A stretch of DNA of 49,105 bases, filler included, from Dimargaris cristalligena (Eukaryota), in NCBI GenBank assembly GCA_003614675.1. It is 2 parts of 2 records of this genome, joined end to end, with 100 filler letters (N's around TTAATTAATTAA, not from the genome) between each part and the next. Parts side by side here need not be neighbours in the genome. Positions count along the whole stretch, not along the records: positions 24,624 to 49,105 come from ML002587.1; 1 more part is not named here. One strand, 5' to 3'. The stretch's first letter is position 1; every line of letters starts with the position of its first letter. A program made the position numbers and the translations under genes. Below, in pieces: positions 37,504 to 49,105 of this stretch. The notes under the pieces were generated by a model. The model searched no databases. It saw only the letters and a program-made list of their open reading frames with translations, and was not told the DNA's origin.

Positions 37504-39244
37504 ATGGGTACCAGCCACCTGACGAACGCCAAACCCCACCTCTACATTCATGACACCACTCTTCGTGACGGAGAACAGGTTCGTACGATCAGCAGTATTT
37601 ATTACCAGGAACTCGGCGATAGCCTAGGCCCCACTCCCCTATTCCCACCCACCGACATGTTTTACCTTATCGTACCCACTTTTCCCGATCCCAACAGTCA
37701 ACTAACATGTACTATTGATATGCCGTTCTCTCAATGTATATTACCGTCCACTGGGGGGATAATAGGCCCCGGGAGTGTTCTTCCGCCGGGATGCCAAAAT
37801 TGCTGTGGCCAAACAACTCTCCCGCCTCGGTGTCGATATCATAGAGGCGGGATTGGTCATGTCGTCGGAAGAGACGTACGAGTGCGTTACCCAGATTGCC
37901 AAAGAGGTCGGTCCGCTCATGGAAGGCCGGGAACATATTGGGCGACCAGCGGTAGGTGAATTGTCTCCTATTTCTATAATTCGTCACTGGGTCCTCGTAC
38001 ATCATACTAGACGATGGTGGCTAACAGGGTACCTGCCCCACTCACCCGGATCCGAGCCTACATGGGCCTTGCATGGGAGAGCCCTGTCGAACCAGGGGAT
38101 ATACAGTTAATAATGGGATATACCTGGTTTAAACATAGTGATTAATCACTCCCCTCGCATCTATGCCACCCTCTCACCCCTTACTCACCACCAATCGTGC
38201 CCTCCTCCTCCTCCGTTCGATCCCTAGACTATTGCCGCCTTCAGTCGAATGATTGAGGCCGACATCCAGCGTACCTTTGACGCCATCCGTCATGCTCCCC
38301 GTCACCGTCTCATGGTCTTCACCCCCGTGTCCGACCTGCACCTCCGCGAAAAACTGCGTATTTCCCGCGAAGAGTGTCTGATCCGGGTCCGCCGCGGCAT
38401 TATCTTGGCCAAGACCCTCTGCGACGATGTGTGGATGGGCATGGAAGATTCCGGTCGCGCCGATCCGGACTTCCTCTTGCAAATCGTGGATATCTGTCTC
38501 GACCTCAACGTGCAAACCCTTGTGGTGGCCGATACGGTGGGAAGCCACCTGCCGAACGAATTCGGCGCTTTAGTGAGGCGCTTGACCGACCACGCCGCCG
38601 GGTCGTCGCTCATCATCGGGGCCCATTGTCACAACGACCTGGGGCTGTCCACCGCCAACGCCCTGGCGGCCATCCAAAACGGCGCCCGGCACGTGGAGGT
38701 AACTGTGGCGGGCATCGGCGAACGGGCGGGCAATACCGCCTTGGAACAGATTGTCATGGCCATCGAGTCCCATCCGCACGCTTTTCCGGTGAGTCATTCC
38801 ATCAACACCGCCCTGCTCACCCAAACTGCCCAGATGGTTTCTCGGCTCGGCGGATTCCCTATTGCTCCCAACACGCCCCTGGTGGGCGGCAACGCTTTTA
38901 CCCATGAATCGGGCATCCACCAGGACGGTATTTTGAAGAATCGCGATATGTACGAGTTTGTCCATCCCGAACAGGTGGGAGCCGTATGTCGGCTGGTCCT
39001 CGGTAAACAGAGCGGTCGCCATGCGCTACGCCTCCGATTGCTCCAACTGGGCTACGACGAGTTTAATACGAATGAATTAGGTGTTTTGTTCACTAAGTTT
39101 AAGCGAATGGCCGAACATAAGGTGTTCATCGAAGATCCGGATTTGATCGCCTTGGTCGGTCGGCCACCCCCATTGACGAGCTCGGACCAGGATCAGCAGG
39201 ACGTTCCGACCGAGGCCTCCTCGGTGGAAACAGTCCAGGCTTAG
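37504..39244 (+). CDS. LeuA-type (bacterial/plant-like) 2-isopropylmalate synthase homologue lacking the C-terminal regulatory domain, ~425 aa
   Basis: Exons 37504-37578, 37766-37951, 38228-39244: DTTLRDGEQAPG, LGVDIIEAG, HCHNDLG, GIGERAGN, VGGNAFTHESGIHQDG, LVLGKQSGRHAL; ends shortly after DPDLIALV. TATAAAA at ~37311. Confidence 0.88.
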
Positions 39245-40283
39245 GAAGCGCGGGAAGAGGGCATGGGTTTGCCTATTAAGGTTTAATTTTTAAATCATCT
39301 GATTATTAGTATAGCGTGAAATCCTGAAAGTGCGATTGGGAGAAGCCGTATCAGCTGTGCCTGTCTTCCCCAACGTGCGGATTATTCCGATGCCTGCATT
39401 GAGGGCATGGAAAGCACAGGCTAAGTTTGCGTCCGTACACACATTTTATTTCGTTTCCTTGTCGGACCAAGGCTACCATTGACCTTGACTACTCCGACTG
39501 TTTTGACCGTAAATATCTATCATAATTCCGTCGTCTGACCATAACCAATTTGATAGCAGCCCTCTCGTCTCAGCTTTTATTATTGTCGATATGATGGTCT
39601 CCGCTCAAATCGGGTTCATTCTTACCTCATTCGAGTAGTATCTCTACTTCCAATAAATTAGTTCTGTAATCGCTGCATTATTCACTCACACTAATTGGTA
39701 TTTGCAGTGCAGTCCGGGGTAATATAGAACCGAAATTGTACATTCCACCGATATACTTAATCCGAGTGGATCTATATGAGATTTTCCCCACTCACAAGGC
39801 AAAAATCTCCACTAGCTGGATAGAAAAGTAAGTGATTTATGTATGAAGCTATACTGCCATAATGGGCGAGTCGATCACAAATATAGCGCGCTGGAGGGGA
39901 GCTTTGTTTTGTGGACCAACGAACTTCCAAGTAACAGGCTACCCGTCTCCGCTCTGTTTGGCGTGGTTTCGGCGAGTCGTCTCCAGCTCCGTTATATTAC
40001 TCGACCTTCCGTATTTTTTTCCACCTTTTCTCCTGCTCCACTACTACTACTCCCTCTTCAACAACGGCACCCCGCCTACTTTTTGTTCTGGTATATTCTT
40101 CAGTAGCCAACCAACTACTACTAGTACTACTTACCTGTGGAAGTGTGTTTGTACGTGTTTCCGTTTCGTTTGAATTCCAACGGCTCCTACATTCCATTCT
40201 CTTTCGCCTTTATATAGACATATATACAAACCCCCGAATCCCCCCCCCTCATTTATCCAGCTTACTCAGCAAGCCCATTCAAG

Positions 40284-42440
40284 ATGACTAGCTTCTGTGC
40301 CTCCCCCAACAAGATTGAAGAGATCAACGAGCGGAAGATCGTGACCCCTGAACAGGCCACTTTGGCCGAGAAACTTAAGAATGAAGCCAATGTTTACTTC
40401 AAAGGTACGTGTGTGTTCAGTCCAAACCCATGGCATTTTATCTAACGACATATTTAGGATTGCCCGGTCGAGATGGTGTCCATGGTTGTGAGTACATCCA
40501 TCTGCTGTTGTGTCTCTCCACGTATGGCGTATTGCCATATCGAGATATACCCCCGGTTACATGAATCGTTATCCAAATTGGTTCCAAAAGCCGCCGAGGT
40601 TTTATTTATTTTTTGGTCCTGGCTGTAGGACAGAGACTTGCAGTGCCGGCTGTATTTCCTTCCCTAGGTACTTTTAAGCTGAATCCAAGTCGAGTAGTAC
40701 AACTACAACGCAAAGATCCAACACCCAGGCTTTTTATGCACACACACCCTATATTAACACCTACCACAACGTACGTCTATATTTTATATCTATTATTTCC
40801 AACCCCTTCTTCCAATGCATATAGAGCATAAATTCGAAGATGCCATCCGCATGTACACCGAGGCCATCGAGCTCGACCCCTCGCAGCCCGCCTATTACTG
40901 CAACCGCGCCTTCGCCTACATCAAGACCGAGGCCTTTGGGTATGCGGTCGAGGATGCCAACCGGGCCCTCGAACTAGACCCTAATTTTGTCAAGGGTTAC
41001 TACCGCCGGGCAACGGCCAACATGGCCCAACTGAAATTTAAGAATGGGCTCATGGACTTCCGGATGGTCGTGAAACTGTCCCCCCGCGATGCGGAGGGGC
41101 GCCGGAAACTCACGGAATGCGAGAAAATTGTGCGGCGGATGGAGTTCGAAAAGGCAATCGAGGTGGATGATTTGGATCGCAGTGTCGTGGATCAGATCGA
41201 TTTCAGTGCTATAGGTAAGTGGACTGGTTAATCTTATAAAATGGCTTGTGATGGAAACCAATTAACTGTAGGCATATTCTTCAGCCACCGCATTAATTAA
41301 GGTGGTATTAATTTATGGTAGAGTGGCGCATTAACTACACCCCTAAACTGCCACGAATCCCTAATTTAGCCTTACTCTCCATCAATATAACCACCTATTT
41401 TGGCACCTTTTAATTTTACATAATCAGCTGTGGATGATTCATACGAGGGCCCCCGTCTAGCCACTCGGACCAACGCTGACGGTGAATCCGAAGAATACAT
41501 TGACCAAAGCTTTATCGAGACGATGATGGAGCGTTTCCGCGACCAAAAGAACATTCACAAGCGCTTCGCCTACCGCATCATCATAGCGGCCAAGAACATT
41601 TTCACCGACCTGCCTACCCTGGTCGACGTGACGATCCCCGAGGGCACCCGTCTCACGGTCTGCGGTGACGTCCACGGCCAATTCTTCGACTTTACCAACA
41701 TCTTCGCGCTCAACGGCTACCCGTCCCCGACCAACTGGTACCTGTTCAACGGTGATTTTGTCGACCGGGGGAGTTTCTCGGTGGAAATCATCCTCACCTT
41801 GCTGGCCTACAAGTGGCTGTACCCCGAAGCGGTGCACTTAGCTCGGGGCAACCACGAAACCAACAACATGAACAAAGTGTACGGGTTCGAAGGCGAAGTC
41901 AAGGCCAAGTTCTCCGACATTATGTTCAAGCTGTTCGCCGAAACGTTCAACGCCCTGCCCCTGGCCCATGTCATCCAGAAGAAGGTCTTCGTGGTCCACG
42001 GTGGGCTCTTCAGCCGGGATAATGTCACACTGGACGAAATCCGGGCCGTCAACCGTTTCTCGCAGCCCCCTAGTGAAGGGCTCATGTGCGAAATGCTATG
42101 GTCCGATCCCCAGCCCCTCCCCGGGCGTAAAGCCAGCAAACGCGGGACCGGGATTGAATTCGGTCCCGACGTCACCGAGAATTTCCTCACCCATAATAAC
42201 TTGGATCTGCTCATCCGGAGTCACGAAGTCAAGGACGAGGGTTACTCGATTGACCACAACGGTAAATGTGTCACCGTGTTTTCGGCCCCCAACTACTGTG
42301 ATCGGGTGGATAACTTGGGCGCTTACATTCATATTACCGCGGATTGCCTGGTGTCGTACCATACGTTCAAGGCTGTGCCCCACCCCGCTAACGTCAAGTC
42401 CATGCAGTACGCTTCGCAGTTTAGCCAGTTTGGTCTGTAA
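40284..42440 (+). CDS. PPT1: Serine/threonine protein phosphatase 5 (TPR + PPP domain)
   Basis: Exons 40284-40404, 40825-41214, 41428-42440: three TPRs, then GDVHGQ, GDFVDRG, RGNHE, SAPNYC and C-terminal VPHP..KSMQYA. Confidence 0.96.
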
Positions 42441-43348
42441 ATACACCCCGCCCCTATAAGTAAGTAAGCATAGGTGATATGGTGGTGGTGGTGGCGGCGG
42501 CGGTATACAGCCCAAACCTAGAATGGAGAAACACAAAGGGGAGTGGAAGAGATGGCGGTAGTTGAAATTTTTGCCTAAGTGTAGACATGCATTTTCTCCT
42601 TGGTCAGAGCCAATTGACCGTTTCTTTATCAGGCAAATATGCTCCTCCTTTGGTCAGGGGTTCTTTCTTTCTACCTTTCTTTCTTATCAGTGTTAAGATT
42701 ACTTTTGCTCTGTATAATTGGACTCTGCCTTAAACCGACTTTTTTGAACCACCTATTTTGGATAAATCGCCCTGCATAATACTTTTTAATTTACATATTA
42801 ATAAGATGAAGCCCCAATTTCCAATTTTTAACCTCTTGTTGTTCAGAAAATTGATACTTAAATAAATGGATTTATAATGAAGCAAGCGATATGCACCGAT
42901 GGAGGAGGGGGCTAGTGGCTCCTATAAATAAATAGACGGGCTAGATCCACTCTATACACATGAAATAAAAGAAGGTGCTTAAATATAGACAAGATGTCTA
43001 GACTGATCTAAATGAAGTGGAACCTAAAACGAAAGACGAAGGGTAAACTAAGGCCAGTTGCATATTTCCAAAATAAATACGGACGCCTCAATAAAACAGA
43101 TGCTTATTTTTAGGGAGGGGGCGAGATGAAGTGAGAAATTACCATTACTTGGTAAGGAACGAACAAACAATGTATGTATATATACTATTGAGCCCTTTCT
43201 ATATACATGGGGGCATCAAAGAAGGAAAAAGGGTTGTGGTGGAGGGAGGGGGAGTAGTAGATTGAAGGAAAAATGGTCACAAATCACCCAACACCCGCAC
43301 CACCACCACGAATGCACGTAGGTTATTATTAATATTGTTTGTTTTTTT

Positions 43349-45130
43349 TTACTCGCGGCTAATGTCACGGCCGAACAGAGTCTTCTTGACCCAGTCGGTG
43401 GTCACCATGGATTGGTTACGAGTGTTGAAGAGCAAGTTGACGTAGGCGCTCTTCCAGAACAGGTAGGTGGCCACACCACTACTGGCCACGGTCTGGCCGA
43501 AAATGGGAATGTCGGCAATGGCCCGGTCGGCCCCGATGTAGGCCAACGAACCCTGGTAAGAGTAGCGGAAAGGTCGGAGTTTCTCGATCAGTTCATCGGG
43601 GGTAGTAGTAGCAGCAGTGGTGGTGGTATCCTCCAATTTACCGAGGCGGTTGAGGAGCTTGGCGAGGTAGGTACCCTGTTGACTGGCGACCTGGGCCAAA
43701 GGAGCGTACTTGGTGAACGTGGCGTCACCCAGGGCCCACATACCGTTGGTACCCTGGACACGCAGGTGGTCGTCGACCAACAAGCCGCGCCGGGACGTCT
43801 GGGCCTCGGGCAATTTGCCCATCAAGTCGCGCACCACGGACCGCTGGGTGTTACCAGTGGCCCACACCAGCAGACCGAACGGGATTTCCTTGCGCTGTTT
43901 ATCGGAGGTTTCAATCACAATGTGCTTCTCGTGGACTTCCTTGACGGCCGAACCAGTCAGGATATTGATTTGGTTGGACTTGAACGTGGATTCGGTGTAG
44001 TCGATCAGCTTGCGGCTGAACATGGGGAGCACGCTGGATTGACCTTCAACCAGACTGAGCTGGACCTTGTCGGCCAGGTCGGGGTACCAGTCCACCAGAT
44101 CCTCCACCAAAAAGTCGTGCAGTTCACCGGCGTATTCGACACCGGTCGGGCCACCGCCCACCACGACCATATGCAACAGGCGCTTGACTTCTTCCTCGGG
44201 TTGACCGGGGAAGGCGGCACTTTCGATACAGTCCATGAGACGGGTGCGGATTTTGCGGGCGTCCCAGATTTCCTTAAGGAAACAGGCGTGTTCCGTGACT
44301 CCCTTAATACCAAAAGTGTTGTTTTCGGCGCCCACGGCCACCACGAGGTAGTCGTACTTGAGGGTCGATTTGTTGACCTTGCCCTTGATTTCGGACTGGT
44401 CTTCGACGGTCACGGTCTTATTGACGGGGTCAATGTCGGTACAGTTGGCCTCATGGAACTTTACGGCACATTGCTTATGACGGGTGATGTAGCGGATCGG
44501 TTCCATGATGGAGCGGTGTTCAATGGTGCCCACGGTACAGCTGGGCAGCAGGGGGGTGAACAGGAAGTAGTTGCGGGGGGATACCACCACCACGTTGTAC
44601 AGGGAGGTGTCGATGCCCTTCAAAATGGAGGCGGCGCCCCAGCCGGTACCCAGGATCAACAGGGTCTTCTTGGATGGGTCGGGAGGGGACTGCACCATGG
44701 GGTGCCGGTTGTAGTAGACCTTGGTGGCCGCGTAGGTGACCGAGCCGGCGGCGGTGGCGTACATCAAATACTTGAATCGGGACCAGCTGAACCAGCGCTT
44801 AGAGGAGCGGGACGAGTCGCCGGAACCAGTCGACTCTGTGGTGGTGGGGGCAGTGCTTTGCCAACACCGCGTGTGCAGAACGGCGGCGGTATTTTTCCGC
44901 AGAGCCTGGGTGGATCGCAGCGGGAGAGCTATTAGGAGGTAGAGGAGGTCAAGGGAACGGGGAGAATTGGATTAGACTGTGCGGCCTTGGAGTATGGGTG
45001 GATAAGACCACCAACTAACTAGCTGCTCCTTAGCAATGGTTTGGCTGGTATGAGATGTCGGCAATTGAGGGCCCTGGTTCGCATGGCACTTAGACTTACC
45101 CATTCGGAGAGATCGTTGTAGTGCCGACAT
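43349..45130 (-). CDS. Mitochondrial type-II (alternative) NADH:ubiquinone oxidoreductase, Nde1/Ndi1 family
   Basis: Exons 45130-45100 and 44928-43349: presequence, LGTGWG, SPRNYFLFTPLLPS, VVGGGPTGVE, ALGD, AQVASQQG, FGRDISRE. No EF-hand insert. Confidence 0.95.
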
Positions 45131-46952
45131 GCTGATTATTGACTAGTTGTGTAAGGTAAATGGGCTGGGTTTGAAACCGAACTGGCCGTGAATAGAGAGT
45201 GGTCAAGGCTAAATGTAGGTTCAACAAATAAAAGCAACGACGTAGCTGGGTGCTGCTGAGTTGGTATGGGGTTTACGCAAGAGGCTATATGTAATAGAGG
45301 ACGTAATAGCGAAGGAGAGAGAGGGAGAGAGAGGTCAAACACGCTACGAGGAATAATTGATTGCCGGGGCTGATAAGGAGCGCGCTACCAAGGTGGGTAT
45401 GAAGTATTTATAGCGCGGAATGGGATGTGTATGTATGCATGCATGTATCGATTATATGCGGAGAAATCAGATGTAGGCATCGATAACAAAATGGTCCACG
45501 GAGGGAGAAACTGGTTGGCCATTGGTCCCGAGTCTTTTTTTAAAAAATGCAGCCTTGGCTGGGGATTGGGGGAACCCCGCTGCTCGGCCAACAATAGCCC
45601 ACAGCGTTCATTACGAAGATCTGGCTAAATCGATGGGTGGGTTTTTTGCCATTTTTTATATCCTTTAGGCTTGTGGCATTTGAAATTTTTGCACGACCCA
45701 CCTGGAGCTGGGGCTGTTGATAGGCGGGGAAGGTTACACTATTATCATTCGTTGACCTATTCCACTCCCCCCATTACAAGTGGACGCGTCAGTGGATTCG
45801 CCACTAAACATGGCCATTAAAAACGGGCGGGGTTATATGACTCAGTTGGGTAAAGAAAGGGGAGGTGGTGCCCAGGCTAAACAGGCCCGCCATTGGTGAA
45901 GTAGTCGTTTGACACTTGCCCGCTACTGTGGTGGGGTTGGTACAACTGTGCTCTTCAGGAACTTCAAGGGTTGGGCATTTTATCCGCGTCACTGTCCGAT
46001 TGCTCCACGTAAAAGTAAGGGTTTGGAGTAGTACTCCCCCCAATCCGTGGGGTGGGGTTTGGTAAACGTGAGGGTGTCAGATGAAGTAGAGTTTTATTTA
46101 AAGTGAATCTAAGGCAGGCGACCTTTTGGTCATAATTTGCCATCCGCAGGGAACATATGGCAGATATTCATCCAGGCTGTATAACGAATAATCCATTTGA
46201 TGAGGTAAATATTACTGGTCAAAAGTTATTCTCCCATACATATATTGTGTAAAATCTTATACAGTTGGGTTGAAGTTCACCCATATTAAAGGGTAAATGG
46301 CTCAAAAACCCCCAAAGGCTACAAATAAAGAGGGAAAGGACATGGGTGTGAGGGGGTCAAAGGGTCGTTGGAGGAGGGACATCGCTGGCAGTTGACTATC
46401 AGCTGGCAAGGAGCTAGGATAAGTATTGGTTACACGATTCGTATAATGGTCACCAGCTGCTTGGATTAAGCGTCACCTTTTGAATTGGGGCAAGTTGGTT
46501 CGAGTGAATTATATTGGGTTGGTCCAGAAAAGGCCACGGGGCCTTAATGGGGTTACAACATATATATCAGCCGTCATTGGGTAACATCGAAGCAGAGCCC
46601 TTTAGATAAAATAATCAAGACTACTTTAGCATCTCTATTCACCGGTATCCATTTCTCTACGATAGGGATGGTGCCAAGTTAGAAGGCATCGTATTTCCCC
46701 GTAAACACCATTCCGGAAGTCGGACTGGAATGGTTCTAGCCAAACCAGACCATGTCGTCTAAACTCCCACAAAGCGGTCCCGCTAAACCCAAGTCCCCGA
46801 GAGATCGCGGGATTCCATCGGGCCAATACCTCCCCAACAGTAATAGCATGTATCACCAATGTGACTTGTCGCCGTAGTTACTTTTGGCCCACTCTTGACA
46901 TTATTAGTTTTTTTAAAAAAAAGGTTTCCGTTTGTGCGCGACCTCAGTAATC

Positions 46953-49105
46953 ATGCCCATCGCCCTAGTTCGAACTCATTGGGTCTCTACCGGCAGGTCG
47001 CTGCCGCCACCACCTCTTGGCCCAGTCCGCCGGTTCACGACTTTAGGTATCCGATCGGCGGCCAATCACCGGCATGTCCACACCCCCTCCCCCTCCCCCT
47101 CCTGTAGACCCGCAGGACCCCAACCAGGCGCGCTTCGCCATTGGCCTGGGCGGATCGCCCCCGGATTTCTAAACCCCATTCTATACTTGGGGCACCCATT
47201 CCATAGTAACGGCCACCGTAGTTATTCCGAACCCCCTTCTGCTGCTGACCTTGCCGTACCCTCCTCCCCGGCCACCCTGGGGCAACCACAGCCCCGCTGG
47301 GAAACTCTACTACAGCGCCTGCAACACTGTCAGGACTTTGTGGGCTCGACCGCAACTCACCTGAAGGCGGTAAGTTTGGCTCGCGAACGGCTCCAGGCCC
47401 CCGAACTTCGCGTAGGTTTGGTGGCCCTATCCAATACATCGCTGCCCAACCTTCTCTGCGCTCTATTCGATAATCCTCTGCATGATTCAACCGTGCGGGA
47501 TGGACTGCGAAATCTTGACTATTCTTCGACCGGGAAACCCATTCGCTTTCGGTAAGTTGGTCCATAAGCACACACATATATATATATATATATCTAATTT
47601 TAAGTCTTGATCTAGGGGCTGATCACCAACAAGTTGACCGGTTTCGTTTCACTGTCAGTCCAGTAGACATCGAATCGACCCACACTAATCACTAATTTAT
47701 TATTGTATGCCTATTTAATGCACTCTGGTTCTCCTCTAGATATGGGCCATCGCTGAGTGCTACTGAAAGCACCAAGTACGTCGACATTGCCCTTCCTGCC
47801 GAGTGCCTCCAACAGCAAACCGTAGAACTTACCGTTATCCCGTCGCTGAATAGAGCAGCCGAAATCGAATCCGACCTCGTTCATCGGTTTGATATGTTCG
47901 CCATCCTTCATAATGCCCGGGACCTACACTGGACACCCTCCGAACAACGTTTAGTCCAGATCATCCTCACATATCGGCCTTCGGCGGTGCTTCTTCAGGA
48001 CCATGTTGAAGCCTTTTACGGGCCCTCGGGAGCCGCCCCACCGGCGATCCCTTTAGAAACCACCCAGGCGATTCTCGCAGCCTTGGCTGCTCAGGGCCAA
48101 TCCCTAATGGAGGCTCTTCGCCCGACCAAAAAATCCCCAATGTCCTCGCTATCCGATTACGATTCCGGAGTAGCATCGTCGAAAATGTTACCCACGGGTT
48201 CGGTCAGGGCTCTCCCTTTTTCCTCGCAATTGGCCACGCAAGCCCAGCTGACTCTACGTGAATCTCCCCAGAATTCCCCCTTGTTCCAGCGCTTGTGGAC
48301 CCTATCGAACGCCGCCCAATTACGCTCATTTTTTAAGGATGAGCAGAGCCTAGCCTCCTCGCCGGCCGTAGGCAAGATGCGCACATTGAACGCCCAGAAT
48401 ACGCTTTACCAGGCCGCCGGCGAACTTCGGTCCACTGTGAGCACCATGAATCAGGTATTTCATTCCCTGGTAGGTAAGATGGACCAGCTGCAGGCGCGAT
48501 TAAACCAGCAGTACTCGCCCGCCCTGGACCGGTCGCTAGACGAGGACTTGGAAACCATCGGGGCGGACCTAACGCGCACCCAGCAGCAGGTTCAAGAAAC
48601 CCTGCGTCGCCTGTCTTTTTGGACCATCTTCACCCATCCGACCCTCGTTTCGGAGCAACTCCTCGAGGCGTTGCAGAGTAATTACTTGCGGGATACGGAA
48701 CTCCGTATGGTGTATACGTCGGGGCGTATCAACACCCGCTTGGACGACCTGGTGCGCGAAGTCCAGGCCGATTGGACCACCCATGCCCCGCTCTTTAACC
48801 AATGGTTACAGTGGCGGCAGTCGGTCCCCACAGCGGCAGCAGAGGGGTCGGAGGCGGACCAGGGCCACCTGACCCAGGCCGCCCAGTTGACCCAGGTACG
48901 GGACCAATTGGCCCAGTGGGTAAATCCGCCCCGCGGCGATATCATCGATCCGTTCTTCTTATCCCACTGGGTCTGGCGGTGGCAAACCCAATCCGCACAG
49001 CTGCCCACGGTCGAATTAGTGACGGGCCAAATCGAACGGTCCAGCCTCCAGGGCGGGCTGATGCAGGTGGCAGCGGGTCTAACCGGGTGGGGCCTGTGGG
49101 CCTGG
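46953..49105 (+). CDS. Probable mitochondrial Mmc1-like protein (3' end outside the window)
   Basis: Exon 46953-47551 (basic presequence-like N-terminus; LRVGLV...LLCALFDNPL...IRFR) spliced to 47740, then appears open to the window end. LSFWTIF...NYLRDTELRMVYTSGRI resembles the Mmc1 C-terminal pattern. Confidence 0.55.

Noticed and set aside
40420-40560. Two tandem hairpins in PP5 intron 1 (possible H/ACA snoRNA)
   Set aside because: No properly placed ANANNA or ACA boxes; intronic hairpins are common in this window.
43412-44935. 507-aa plus-strand ORF
   Set aside because: Antisense shadow of the codon-biased NADH dehydrogenase; no independent motifs. The same applies to the shadow ORFs over SNU13, UBC6, LeuA and PP5.

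Overview
Eukaryotic, intron-rich fungal DNA: short GT-AG introns with CTRAY/TACTAAC branch sites, (TA)n tracts and compact gene spacing. Gene content suggests an early-diverging fungus, possibly a zoopagomycete such as Dimargaris (inference only). I hand-spliced 17 protein genes: KICS2-like, PRKRIP1, SNU13, RRP8, UBC6/UBE2J1, VPS55, MHR1, AIM29, TAF9, uL14m, WDR83, CWF19L2, EEF1AKMT4-like, a truncated LeuA-type synthase, PP5/PPT1, a type-II NADH dehydrogenase and a partial Mmc1-like gene. There is also a secreted I9 protease inhibitor, an intronic box C/D snoRNA, CpG-depleted repeat relics and two assembly gaps, one holding an artificial TTAATTAATTAA linker. Most notable: (1) a ~1.4 kb interval without a credible protein-coding ORF (6.9-8.3 kb) that folds via a ladder of nested long-range helices and contains a perfect H-type pseudoknot, i.e. 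a candidate large structured ncRNA, possibly a telomerase RNA; (2) a single-nucleotide exon needed to keep VPS55 in frame; (3) an snR71/SNORD29-type snoRNA inside the intron of its own core-protein gene SNU13; (4) a KICSTOR subunit homologue; (5) a LeuA-like enzyme lacking the regulatory domain and with an altered pocket. All calls come from reading the sequence by eye and from remembered family motifs; no searches were run.
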